From the NCBI GenBank assembly GCA_963792585.1, contig CAWBWI010000001.1, positions 608,001 to 672,000 on the forward strand: a stretch of DNA of 64,000 nt, read 5' to 3'. This document shows, one piece after another, positions 15,725-25,780 of the stretch; the first letter of the stretch is position 1; each line of letters begins with the position of its first letter. The notes beneath the pieces were generated by a model. It was not told the origin of the DNA, made no database searches, and was given only the letters and a program-made list of their open reading frames with translations. The position numbers and the translations under genes were made by a program. The DNA is from Candidatus Eiseniibacteriota bacterium (GTDB taxonomy: Bacteria > Eisenbacteria > RBG-16-71-46 > CAIMUX01 > VGJL01).

Positions 15725-15863
15725 GCCTATTCTCCCCTGTAATATCGGCCTTCGGAAAAGCTGCAGAAGGGTCCCGCCAGGGACGATAGAGAGACGGGGT
15801 GGCACCGGGTCGCGGAGCGGCCCGGCCCATAGTCCCCGAGGGGAGCACCCGTTGGATAAGAGC

Positions 15864-17666
15864 ATGACGGCCCGCAGAAAAGCGCAGCAACTGGCCAGGG
15901 ACGGGATGATCGATCGCGCCATCGAGGAGATGGAGCAGGTCCTTCTGACCGGGGAGGCCGATCCGTACGATTACGTCTTCCAGGGCGACCTCATGGTGCG
16001 CGGCGGACGGCCGGAAGAGGGCGTGACCGCCTATGACGAAGCCGTCTCGGCGTACGAACGGGTTGGGCTCTACCGAAACGCGATCGCGATCAGCAAGAAG
16101 ATCCTTCGCACGGCGCCGAGTCGGATACGCACGCACTGGCGCCTCGGCGACCTGTTCGCCAAGGAAGGTCTGACCGGGGACGCGGTCTTCCACTTTCTCA
16201 CCTTCCTCGACCGGGGGGGCGGCGAGGCCTCGGGCGAGGAATTCCTGGAGACGCTCGAACGGGTCGCTCAGCTTTCGGGCGCGAAGGTCGAGGTCACCCT
16301 GCGCCTGGCGGATCTCTACGCTCGGGGCGGCCACGATGATCGCGCCGCGCGTCTGCTCCACGAGGTTGCCGATCACGCCGCGGCCGAGGGGGGCTTCGAC
16401 ATCGCCCTCATGCTGCGCGAGCGCGCCGAGCAACTCAGCGCAGCCGATGCCGCCCGCAGGGAAACGAGTCCGCAGGTGGACTCCACACCCGCCGTCGAGA
16501 TTCCGAACGAGGCGGCCGATCCGTTCGCCTCCGCCTACCGTCTCGTCCCCGAGCCGACCGAGGCGCCGTCGGATGCCGCCCCGGCCGAGCCTCCGCCGTT
16601 CGTGTTCGAGCCGAACGCTCCGCTCGAGACGTCCGAATCGGGATCCGAGACCGATACGGAATCGATTACCGGAGTCGAGGAAGAGCCCGCGCAAGAGGCC
16701 TTCGAGATCGCCGAGGAACCCGCGGAGGCCGACCCGTTCGTGCCCCAGGCGATGCCGGAGTTCGTCCTGACGCCGATTCCGGACGATCCGGACGCGCCCG
16801 ATGATCCACGCGTCCCCGAGGTCCGGTCGGCTCTCACGTCGGGGGAGTGGGGAACGGTGCGCGCGCTCTGCGAGGAGATGCACGAATCGCATCCCGAGTC
16901 CCCGTGGCCTCTGGAGAAACTGATTGCCGCGGTCCATCAGCTTGGGGATACACTCGCGACGGTTCGCTACTTGACGCTGCTCGGCGACCTCCGGATCAAC
17001 CGTGAGGACCTGGAGGGCGCCCTTGGGTGTTTCCTCCGAGTCATCGAACTCGAGCCGCAGAATGCGACCGCGCGCCGCCGTCTCGCACGTTTCAGCGAGA
17101 TGGGGGTCCCCGGGGCCGAGCGGGTCCCGGAAGCTGTGCAAAACTCCGTGCAGGAGCTGATCGAAACCAAGGGCGCGACGGTCGCGGTTCGCGACCAAGG
17201 AGGCGTGGAGTCGGAGGAATGGATCGATCTGACCGCGCTCCTTCAGGAGTTCCGCGAGGGAGTGCAGGCGCAGTTCGGGCCGGAGGACGCGGTCGGCCAC
17301 TACGACCTCGGCGTGAGCCACCAGGAGATGGGGCTTTTCGAGGAGGCGATCGAGGAATTCGACACGGTCTTGGCCTCCTCGGCCGCCTCCGCGGAGGTTG
17401 TGGCGAAGACGCGCGAGCTGCGGGGTCTATGCCTCGAGCGGCTCGAACGGATGCGCGAGGCGATCTTCGAGTATCGCGCCGCGCTCGAAGTGCCCGGTCA
17501 GCCGGAGTCCTGCCTGATGCCCGTGCGCTATCGCCTCGCCTCGGCGTTGGAGGCGGTCGGGGACATCGACGAGGCGAGAGAGATCTTCCGGGAACTCGCC
17601 GGGGAAGGGGAGCCGTTCCTGGACTCGGTGGAGCGATCCGAGCGATTGGAGCATCGGGCGGCCTAG
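15864..17666 (+). CDS. TPR protein with acidic linker and SgmX-like C-terminal TPR module
   Basis: N-terminal TPRs (AIAISKKILR), acidic Pro/Glu linker, C-terminal EFREGV...EDAVGHYDLGVSHQEMGLFEEAIEEF. Confidence 0.75.
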   Translation: MTARRKAQQLARDGMIDRAIEEMEQVLLTGEADPYDYVFQGDLMVRGGRPEEGVTAYDEAVSAYERVGLYRNAIAISKKILRTAPSRIRTHWRLGDLFAKEGLTGDAVFHFLTFLDRGGGEASGEEFLETLERVAQLSGAKVEVTLRLADLYARGGHDDRAARLLHEVADHAAAEGGFDIALMLRERAEQLSAADAARRETSPQVDSTPAVEIPNEAADPFASAYRLVPEPTEAPSDAAPAEPPPFVFEPNAPLETSESGSETDTESITGVEEEPAQEAFEIAEEPAEADPFVPQAMPEFVLTPIPDDPDAPDDPRVPEVRSALTSGEWGTVRALCEEMHESHPESPWPLEKLIAAVHQLGDTLATVRYLTLLGDLRINREDLEGALGCFLRVIELEPQNATARRRLARFSEMGVPGAERVPEAVQNSVQELIETKGATVAVRDQGGVESEEWIDLTALLQEFREGVQAQFGPEDAVGHYDLGVSHQEMGLFEEAIEEFDTVLASSAASAEVVAKTRELRGLCLERLERMREAIFEYRAALEVPGQPESCLMPVRYRLASALEAVGDIDEAREIFRELAGEGEPFLDSVERSERLEHRAA

Positions 17667-19567
17667 TCCTTCTGCTGCTCACGCAACTCTGCTTCCCTGG
17701 GGCGCGGGCCGAGTCACCGTCCGCGCCTCCGGACACCATCCGTGAGATCCCCCCTGCCGCGGTCCCAGCGGATTCGGTCCGCGCCGACTCTCTACGCATC
17801 CGGCCGGCGCGCGCGCCAATTCCGCAAGCCCCCCGATGGCCGTGCTTCGCAGTCGACTCTCTCGACGAGGGCTCGCTGCGCGAGACCACGGTCGCCGAAG
17901 GTCGTGATGCGCTCAGAACCGGACTGCGGCTCGGTTGGCTCGATCCGGGAAGTCCGAACCTGCCCGCGCCGATCCACGAAACGATTCCGGGCCGTGATTG
18001 CCCCGAGCTCCGCGTCGACGGCCTCCCCGTATCCCCGGTCCGGTGGGGAGAGACCTCGCTCGCGAGCTTCCCATTGCTCGCCATGTCTGAAGCGCGTTTC
18101 CGTCGGTACTCGCCGATCGACGGTCCTCTCTCCTCGACCGGAGGCGGGGTGATCGACGTGCGACTTGCGGCGTCCCCGCACGATCGCGCATTCAGCGCCG
18201 TGCGGCTGACGCGCGCGAACTACGGCACCTTCACCGAGGAGGCCGTCCTTCGGCGGCCTGTCGGCGCGGCCGATTTCGTCCTCTTCTACGGGGATTCGAA
18301 GTCGGTGGGACGCGAACTCTGGCGCACCCAGAACGGGGAGACGTTCGGCGCGCGGGTCACGCACGCGTTCGCCGGAGGCGCCACGGAGTGGATCTACGAC
18401 AACGCGCGGGACCGCTACCGCCTGCTTGCCACGAAGAAGGGGATCTGGGACCGGAGGGCGGTAGGCCTTCGATGGTTCCGCCCGGATTCGACGCGCGAGG
18501 CGATCGAGACGTCGATCCGCTGGACATCGATGGATGCGGGGTGGTGGACCTTGCTCGGACTGACGCAGCGCGAAACGCGTGCGATCGACTTCCGGGGCCG
18601 CGTGGATCGGCGGCGCGGGGCCGATCGTCTCGGGATCGCCGTCGAAGGCGAGATTGCGGCCACGCGGTATGCGCGGCCCGGACAGGAACGGGAATTGCTC
18701 AGCGGAGCGGACGGGTTCTCTCTGGGCGCTGCCACCGGCTGGTCGCGGGAGGTCGGTAGGGTCACCACGCGGGCCTCTGTGGGCGCCGTGCGGGTCGCGC
18801 CCCTAGGAGTGACCGGCGTCTTCGCCCTGGAGCACGAGAGGTCTGTCGGGCGCGGCCGGTCGATTCTGGTCCATGCGAATCGAGCCGTCCGGAATCGGAC
18901 GATTCCGCGCCTGCCTGCCGACGGGGAAGCGTGGGTGCGCCAAGGACTCGATCTCGCCGACGAGCGTGAAGGGGAACAACCCGAAGCGGTCTGGAAGGCA
19001 GGCATCGATGCGCGCGCTCCCGCGGGACCGATCACGCTCGAGGCCGGCATGGAGGCGATGGCGATCACGCGCGGATTGGATGCCGGTTTGGTCGAACTCC
19101 TCGGGACCGATCAGCAGGAGACGATCCGTCCGCAGGATCTGCGACGCACCTGTCTGTTCGGGACGCCGTGGGGTCGAATCGATTGGCGATTGCCGGCCGG
19201 CTTGCGCGCGATCGGGGCCGGGTCCCTCCACGTGGCGACGGACGGCGTGGCAAGCCATCTCGGGCTGCCTTCGAGCGAGGGACGGGCGGAGATCGGCTGG
19301 GGAGGGCGGTTCTTCAAAGGGGATCTGTGGGTCGATCTCGCGTTGACCTTCGGCGCACGGACACCCGTGGAGACTCCCTACGGCCGACTCCCGGCGCAGG
19401 GGATCGTGGATGGTCACGCCCAGGCGCGCGTGGGCGACCTGGACATCTTCTTCGTGCTCGGGAACCTGACCGATGCCGTCGCGACCTCGATGAGTCACGA
19501 CGGAACCTGGATGCCTCTGCCGCTCCGCAACTACCGCGCGGGGCTTCGCTGGGCCTTCTTCAACTGA
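17640..19567 (+). CDS. Putative outer-membrane beta-barrel (degenerate TonB-dependent-receptor/putative porin-like); start codon uncertain
   Basis: Signal-like GLVLLLLTQLCFPGARA, plug-like LRVDGLP...GGVIDV, amphipathic strands, C-terminal YRAGLRWAFFN. Confidence 0.6.
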
Positions 19568-19597
19568 TGCCGGGCGCCTCCCGGCACGGGAGGTCGC

Positions 19598-20053
19598 ATG
19601 GTCTTCACCCCCGACGAACGCCGCGCCCTTCTGGCAGTGACCGGTCTGCTCTGCCTTGGACTCGGAATCCGGATCATCGCGCCCGGCCCAGTGCCTCCAG
19701 AGGGCGGTGGCGATTCCTTGCTCGTGGTCATCGCGGCCGAAGCCGATAAGAGGCCGGAAGGCCCTCCGCCGGAGGGGCTTGTCGAAGAGGGGAGAATCCG
19801 AGTCAATGAGGCGGAACTCGCGTCCCTGGAAGCCCTTCCGGGGATCGGACCCGCCATGGCGCAACGCATCATCGAGGAAAGACGACTCCATGGACCATTC
19901 CACTCGCTCCGGGATCTGGAGCGGGTTCGAGGGATCGGACCAAAGACCGCGCAACGACTGGCGCCGCACCTCTCCTTCGTGCCCGCCGCCGCGGAATGCA
20001 CGGCAATTCCGCAGGCTGCAACGGCCGATTCAAGCGGCCCTAGAGGGCTTTGA
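19598..20053 (+). CDS. comEA: ComEA-family helix-hairpin-helix DNA-binding protein
   Basis: N-terminal TM (FTPDERRAL), IRVNEA..LEALPGIGPAMAQRII..GPF..LERVRGIGPKT; GGAGG RBS. Confidence 0.85.
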   Translation: MVFTPDERRALLAVTGLLCLGLGIRIIAPGPVPPEGGGDSLLVVIAAEADKRPEGPPPEGLVEEGRIRVNEAELASLEALPGIGPAMAQRIIEERRLHGPFHSLRDLERVRGIGPKTAQRLAPHLSFVPAAAECTAIPQAATADSSGPRGL

Positions 20054-20196
20054 GGTGATCCACCCGCGCTACAGGCGGTTAGGAGCTTGTTGAAAGGCGC
20101 GGGGGTGGCACGGCTCTGGTACCTGCCTTGCGGTGAGGACCGCGCCGCCGCTTGGGCGGGGCGGCGCTGCGCAGGCGCGCACCCGGAGGCCAGGGC

Positions 20197-21888
20197 TTGA
20201 AGCCAGAAGTCATCCGCAGGCTCATGGATGTGCACCACGTCCGGGAGGAGGACTTCCGGCGTGCGCTCGAGATCGAGCGGGCGGAAGGCACGTCCATCAG
20301 TGCGGCCCTCATCAAGTTGGGCGCCCTCACGGAAGATGAACTCCTACGATTCCTTGGCGACCAGTATGGCACCCAAGGAGTCAATCTCGACGAGGTCGAT
20401 GTGGACCCGGGCGTCGTTCGGATGATCCCGGCCGAGGTCGCGAACAAATTCCAGGTCCTGCCGATCGCGCGCGTCGGGCGGCAACTGACCGTGGCGATGG
20501 CGAATCCCGCCAACTTCTTCGCGATCGATGACATCAAATTCATCACGGGTCACGAAGTCCACGTGCTCGTCGCGACAGAGAGCCAGCTCAAGCGGGCGAT
20601 CGACAAGTACTACGAGACGGTCGGCACGATGGACGACATCATGCGGTCCGTCGAGGAGGACGTGGAGGTCGTCGAGGCGATCGACGACGAGACTCTCGAG
20701 TCGGGCGCGACGGGTGCCGACCAGGCGCCGGTCGTCAAGTTCGTCAACGGGTTGATCTCGGAGGCCGTAAAGCGGGGCGCGAGCGACATTCACATCGAGC
20801 CGTACGAGAAGAAGCTGCGCGTCCGGTTCCGCATCGACGGGACGCTGTACGAGATGATGTCACCGCCGCACAAGCTGCGGGCCGCCATCACGTCCCGGCT
20901 GAAGATCATGGCCGAGCTGGACATCGCCGAGCGGCGCGTTCCACAGGACGGCCGTATCCGCGTTCGGATGAGCGGCAGGCAGATCGACCTGCGCGTCTCG
21001 TGCCTGCCCTGCATCCATGGCGAGAAGATCGTCTTGCGTATCCTCGACAAAGGGAACCTCGCCCTTGACCTGACGAAACTCGGATTCGAGCCCCATGCTC
21101 TCGAGACGTTCCTGCGCGCGATCGCGTTGCCCTACGGGATGATCCTGGTGACGGGACCGACCGGATCGGGGAAGACGACCACCCTCTACTCGGCGTTGAT
21201 GAGGGTCAACACGACCGACGTCAACATCATGACCGCCGAGGATCCGGTCGAGTACAACCTCGAGGGGATCAACCAGGTCAACATCAACGAGCAGGTCCAC
21301 CTTACCTTCGCGGAAGCCCTTCGCAGCTTTCTCCGCCAGGACCCGAACATCATCATGGTCGGTGAAATGCGCGATGCGGAGACCGCCTCGATCGCGATCA
21401 AGGCTGCCCTGACCGGCCACCTCGTATTCTCGACGCTTCACACGAACGATGCCGCTTCTACGCTGATCCGGCTGGTCGACATGGGAATGGAGCCCTTTCT
21501 CGTGGCCTCCTCGACCAACCTGATCATGGCCCAGCGCCTCATCCGACGGGTCTGTCCGAAGTGCAAGGAATCGGTGACTCTCGCCCCGGAGGCGCTGCGG
21601 GAGTTGCAGCTCGATCCGGACGTCGCCGCGAACGCTACCTTCATCCGGGGGCGGGGCTGCTACGACTGCAACAACACGGGCTATCGAGGGCGGCAGGGCC
21701 TCTACGAGGTGATGGCCGTCTCCCCGACGATTCGGGACATGATCCTCAACCGTGTCTCCGCTCGCGAGATCAAGGCGCAAGCCATGCGCGAGGGGATGCT
21801 CTCCCTGCGGAAGGATGGGCTCGAGAAGCTCAAGCGCGGCATGACCAGTCCGGAAGAAGTCCTCAAGGAGACCGCGCCGGACGAATAG
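20197..21888 (+). CDS. pilB: Type IV pilus assembly ATPase
   Basis: TTG start after GGAGG, N-terminal GspE-N domain, ASDIHIEP, GPTGSGKTT, LRQDPN, tetracysteine (CPKC...CYDC). Confidence 0.93.
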   Translation: MKPEVIRRLMDVHHVREEDFRRALEIERAEGTSISAALIKLGALTEDELLRFLGDQYGTQGVNLDEVDVDPGVVRMIPAEVANKFQVLPIARVGRQLTVAMANPANFFAIDDIKFITGHEVHVLVATESQLKRAIDKYYETVGTMDDIMRSVEEDVEVVEAIDDETLESGATGADQAPVVKFVNGLISEAVKRGASDIHIEPYEKKLRVRFRIDGTLYEMMSPPHKLRAAITSRLKIMAELDIAERRVPQDGRIRVRMSGRQIDLRVSCLPCIHGEKIVLRILDKGNLALDLTKLGFEPHALETFLRAIALPYGMILVTGPTGSGKTTTLYSALMRVNTTDVNIMTAEDPVEYNLEGINQVNINEQVHLTFAEALRSFLRQDPNIIMVGEMRDAETASIAIKAALTGHLVFSTLHTNDAASTLIRLVDMGMEPFLVASSTNLIMAQRLIRRVCPKCKESVTLAPEALRELQLDPDVAANATFIRGRGCYDCNNTGYRGRQGLYEVMAVSPTIRDMILNRVSAREIKAQAMREGMLSLRKDGLEKLKRGMTSPEEVLKETAPDE

Positions 21889-21937
21889 GGATGGGCCGCA
21901 GCTTCCCCTCGCGCGCCCCGACTGTCAGCCGCGCTCG

Positions 21938-22438
21938 CTAGAGACTGTCGCCGTTGACCGGGTACGGCAGCCCCATCGCATCCTGCCGGGCGATGGCGAA
22001 GCCGAGCGAACCCGGCGCGTTTCGTTCCTCCGCTTTCGGAGAGATCGCGGTGGGCGTGGTCGGCTTCTCCACTTGAGTGGGGGAGTGGCTCCGGCCGATC
22101 CAGAATCCCGCCGCGGCCGTCCCGAGCGCCAAGAGGACCGCGGCGTAGGCGGGGAACGAGAAGCGCAGGCGCCCGAAGAAGCCGATCGCTGCGCGGGGAG
22201 ACTCCGAGACCGCTTGCCGGTTGCGCCGCACCTCGGGCAAGAGGCTCGCGAGAAGGCCCGGACCGGCGGTCCCGTTTTCGATTGGGCCGGCGGCGCCGAG
22301 CAGGTGCCGGAGTTCCCGGTCCTCCGTCTTACACGAGGAGCACTCGACCAGGTGTTGTTCCAGGAGGATGGCGCGCTCCTCGTCCAGCTCGTCGGCGAGT
22401 CGGTCGATGATCATCGGTGACCAGCGGCATTCGATCAT
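21938..22438 (-). CDS. Zinc-finger (zf-HC2) membrane anti-sigma factor
   Basis: HLVECSSC motif followed by a single TM helix; start overlaps the sigma stop codon. Confidence 0.8.
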   Translation of the reverse strand: MIECRWSPMIIDRLADELDEERAILLEQHLVECSSCKTEDRELRHLLGAAGPIENGTAGPGLLASLLPEVRRNRQAVSESPRAAIGFFGRLRFSFPAYAAVLLALGTAAAGFWIGRSHSPTQVEKPTTPTAISPKAEERNAPGSLGFAIARQDAMGLPYPVNGDSL

Positions 22439-23055
22439 GGCGTACCTCCGTCGCGGATGCCTGGTGGCCCGGCGAAGGAGCACGGCTCCTCCCGCCAGGC
22501 CTGCAATGCTTCTCTGAGTTTCAGGACGGCGTGATGGAATCGCGACTTCGCGGTTCCCGCGGGACATCCAAGAACTTCCCCGACCTGTTCATATGTCAGG
22601 CCCCGGTCCATCTTCAGCAAGAAGACCAGCCTCTGGTTCTCCGGCAGCCGGCCGATCGCGGCGTCGGCCTCGCTCCGAAACGCGCGGCGCTCCCGTTGCG
22701 CTTCCGGGTCGCCCCATGCGGGCGCGACGTAGCCGTCCATGTCGGCCACGGCGCGGGGCGCGCGGCGCTCCCTTCGCCAGTGGCTGTAGGCGAGGTTCGC
22801 GCAGATGCGATAGATCCACGCCCCCGCGTCGCCACGGCGATCGAACCTCGGCGCTGCCCGGATGATTCGCAGGAAAGCCTCCTGGAGCAGTTCCTCACCC
22901 ACTTCCGGTGAGCCGGAGGCGCGGATGAGAAACGGGGCCAAGCGCGGGTACCAGCGGTGGAATAGACGACCGAACGCATCCTCGTCCCCGAAGCCGATCG
23001 CGAAGATCAACTCCCGGTCGCTCGTTTCCTCCGCCGGCAAAGATGGACCCTTCAC
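22435..23055 (-). CDS. ECF-family RNA polymerase sigma factor
   Basis: SDRELI..GDEDAF, LLQEAFLRI, WIYRI, LTYEQVGEVLGCPAGTAKSR. Confidence 0.9.
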   Translation of the reverse strand: MKGPSLPAEETSDRELIFAIGFGDEDAFGRLFHRWYPRLAPFLIRASGSPEVGEELLQEAFLRIIRAAPRFDRRGDAGAWIYRICANLAYSHWRRERRAPRAVADMDGYVAPAWGDPEAQRERRAFRSEADAAIGRLPENQRLVFLLKMDRGLTYEQVGEVLGCPAGTAKSRFHHAVLKLREALQAWREEPCSFAGPPGIRDGGTP

Positions 23056-23108
23056 CTGTGCGTTTCTCCTCGGACCAAGCGTACTCCCTCCCGAAGGCCT
23101 CCAAACCA

Positions 23109-23136
23109 GGAACGCTCGAGAGCCGTGGATGGTTCA
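23109..23136. promoter_or_regulatory. Overlapping back-to-back ECF-type promoter motifs
   Basis: Minus strand TGAACC-N16-CGTT points to the sigma gene. Plus strand GGAAC-N18-GTT points to the 23211 gene. Confidence 0.5.
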
Positions 23137-23210
23137 CCGCGTATGTCCTGAACGATTCATGGCCCCGCGCGTTTGTAGCGGCGGGGAGAATTCTCTCCAA
23201 GGAGGTCGGA

Positions 23211-24464
23211 ATGAAGGTGGCGGTCGTAGGGCTCTGGTTTTGCGGGCTCCTCCTCTCGGCGACGAGCATCCACGCCGTCGCGGCAGGCGAGAGGCCCGAT
23301 GAGATCCTCTCCTGGCGTCATCAAGTACTGGACAGGGAACGTTACACGCAGCTCGCCTCCGGATGGGAACGATACGCGACGGCGCATCCCAGCGATGCGC
23401 GGGCCTATGTCTACTGGGGGCACGCCCTGCGCTACAGCGGCGATTGGAAGAAGGGGCAGGAGAAGTACGCCGAGGCCTTCGCCATCGATTCCACGGACGC
23501 CGCAGCCGTCACCAACTACGCCACAGGTCGTGCGGTTGACGAGAGAAACGCCCGGTGGCGTCTCGACTACGCCCGCCTTCAACGGGCGGCGCGGGACCAT
23601 CCCGACTACCCGGACGTCTACTACGGCCTCTGGAATTCCTCCCTGCGCGCCGGGGATGAGGAACTGGCGGCGAGCTGCCTGAGAACGGTCGTACGGCTCG
23701 GGGACATGACCCGTCCGATTCTGGAGTACGGGGCCAACATGGTGGAGGGAGCTCCCAACGGGGCGATCATCTTGACCAGCGGCGACAACGACACCTATCC
23801 GCCCCTGGCCTATCAGACGCTCACCGGCCGGCGCCCCGACGTCTCGATCGTCAACCTGTCCCTGCTGAACGTTCCCTGGTACGTCCTCTACTGGAAAGGG
23901 CGCGGCCTGCCCGTGCCCCTCGACGATGCCGCGATCCGCTCGCTCACGTCTAAGGGGAAGGGGGGGCCGTTGGCGGGGCAGGTCGTCCAAGCCTTGTGGC
24001 AGAACCTGGCGCGGACTCCGGATGCGCGACCACTCTTCTACTCGGTCACCGTGAACGAGGAGGGGCGCGCGATCAATGGGCGCAGGATCCTCGAGGGAAT
24101 TCTCGAACGCGTTCGGCCCGGGGAGGGCCCGGAACCGACGAGTGAAGTCGACTGGGAGCGAACCCGGCTGCTGTTCGACACGATCTATCGGATCGACGCG
24201 GCCACGGATCCAATGATCGACTGGAAGCGGGAGTCGTCCGTGGGCATGGTGATGCTCAACTATGCGACCGTGCTCTCGGATCTGGGGCTGCACTTGATTC
24301 AAGGACAGAGCACCGATGCGGGGGAAGTCTACCTGTTCACGGCGGTGAAGCTTCTCGGGAAGCACGGGAGGGTCGAACACGCTCGGGGGATCGTGGACAA
24401 GTGGGAGCAGGCCCTTCCGAGCGGCCGCCTGCTGCCGGAGGCACGGCGCCTGCTGGGTTCCTAG
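23211..24464 (+). CDS. Secreted TPR-like protein with DUF2723/TMEM260-like soluble domain
   Basis: AAGGAGG RBS, signal peptide, helical repeats, GAIILTSGDNDTYP...RPDVSIVNLSLLN.PWY motif. Confidence 0.65.
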   Translation: MKVAVVGLWFCGLLLSATSIHAVAAGERPDEILSWRHQVLDRERYTQLASGWERYATAHPSDARAYVYWGHALRYSGDWKKGQEKYAEAFAIDSTDAAAVTNYATGRAVDERNARWRLDYARLQRAARDHPDYPDVYYGLWNSSLRAGDEELAASCLRTVVRLGDMTRPILEYGANMVEGAPNGAIILTSGDNDTYPPLAYQTLTGRRPDVSIVNLSLLNVPWYVLYWKGRGLPVPLDDAAIRSLTSKGKGGPLAGQVVQALWQNLARTPDARPLFYSVTVNEEGRAINGRRILEGILERVRPGEGPEPTSEVDWERTRLLFDTIYRIDAATDPMIDWKRESSVGMVMLNYATVLSDLGLHLIQGQSTDAGEVYLFTAVKLLGKHGRVEHARGIVDKWEQALPSGRLLPEARRLLGS

Positions 24465-24536
24465 GTCCCCCGACCCCCTATCGTGCCCGAGACTCCTCGG
24501 CTAGGATACCGATGGAGCGGAAGGGAGGAGGGGACG

Positions 24537-25655
24537 ATGCGGGTGCGGATGCTGGACACCAAGCGGCAGTTCGAGTCGTTGCGCGGGCCGATCCTGGAAG
24601 CAGTGGAACGGGTGCTGGCATCCGGCGGTTGGATCGGCGGGCCGGAAGTCAAGGCTCTCGAGGAGGAACTCGCCCCGCGCCTGGGAGTCCGGCACGCCAT
24701 CGCCGTCGCCTCCGGGACAGATGCGCTCCTGCTCTCCCTCAAAGCTCTCGGTGTGGGGCCGGGAGTCGATGTGGTCCTGCCGACCTTCACGTTCTTCGCG
24801 ACGGCCGGCGCGGTTGTCAACGCCGGGGGACGCCCCGTCTTCGCCGACATCGAGCCAGAGGGAATGAACCTGGATCCGACGTCGTTCGCCCGCGTGCGGA
24901 CGCCGCAAACGCGCGTCGTTCTCCCGGTGGATCTCTTCGGGCAGTGCGCCGACTACGCCGCGATCCGGGCAATCGCGCGTCCCCATACGATCGCGATTCT
25001 CGAAGACGCCGCCCAGGCGATCGGCGCGACCTACGCGGGGTCCCCGGCCGGCGCCCTCGGCGATCTCGCCGCCTTCAGCTTCTATCCCACGAAGAACCTC
25101 GGGGCGTGCGGGGACGCGGGTCTCGTGACCACCGATGATGGCGCCCTCGCCGCGTCCGTACGTCGCCTTGCCGCGCACGGAAGCGATGGCGGGTACATCC
25201 ATCATGTCGTCGGAACGAACAGCCGCCTCGATCCGATCCAGGCCGCGATCCTGCGGGTCAAGCTCACGCGCCTCGACGCATGGCAGGATGCGCGGGGCCG
25301 CAACGCGGCCATCTATTCCGAGCGCTTCGCTGGCCATCCGGCCCTGCTCGCGCCCCCGACCCTGCCGGGCCGCCATCCCGTCTACCACCAGTATGTGATC
25401 CGTGTCCGCAAGGGATCCCGGGACGCGCTGCGGCAGCATCTTGCGGACGCCGGGATCGACACGGGGATCTACTACCCGCTTCCCCTCCACCTCCAGGAGT
25501 GCTTTGCGGGCCTCGGCGGCAAGCCGGGCGATCTGCCGGTCTCTGAAGAGGCTGCGCGGACCTGCGTTGCATTGCCGATTCACCCGGACCTGACGCCGGA
25601 GGAGGTCGAAGCCGTGGCCTCCCAGGTGCTTGGCTGGGCGGACGCGCAGGGGTAG
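24537..25655 (+). CDS. DegT/DnrJ/EryC1/StrS PLP-dependent sugar aminotransferase
   Basis: SGTDAL, FTFFAT, EDAAQAIG, SFYPTKNLGACGDAG, GTNSRLD. Confidence 0.92.
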   Translation: MRVRMLDTKRQFESLRGPILEAVERVLASGGWIGGPEVKALEEELAPRLGVRHAIAVASGTDALLLSLKALGVGPGVDVVLPTFTFFATAGAVVNAGGRPVFADIEPEGMNLDPTSFARVRTPQTRVVLPVDLFGQCADYAAIRAIARPHTIAILEDAAQAIGATYAGSPAGALGDLAAFSFYPTKNLGACGDAGLVTTDDGALAASVRRLAAHGSDGGYIHHVVGTNSRLDPIQAAILRVKLTRLDAWQDARGRNAAIYSERFAGHPALLAPPTLPGRHPVYHQYVIRVRKGSRDALRQHLADAGIDTGIYYPLPLHLQECFAGLGGKPGDLPVSEEAARTCVALPIHPDLTPEEVEAVASQVLGWADAQG

Positions 25656-25780
25656 CCACCCAGGACATCCCCCCCCGGGATCGCGCCTCAAGGTCGGACC
25701 CCGACCGGTCGAAAACCGGTATGGAGTCGTCCGTTGCGGCCGATTCAAACCGGGCCACATTGGGGCCCCGGGGGTTTTCC

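Noticed and set aside
20106..20121. Sigma-54 promoter before pilB (TGGCACGGCTCTGGT)
   Set aside because: The -24 element is perfect but the -12 is GT rather than GC; not supported enough to list.
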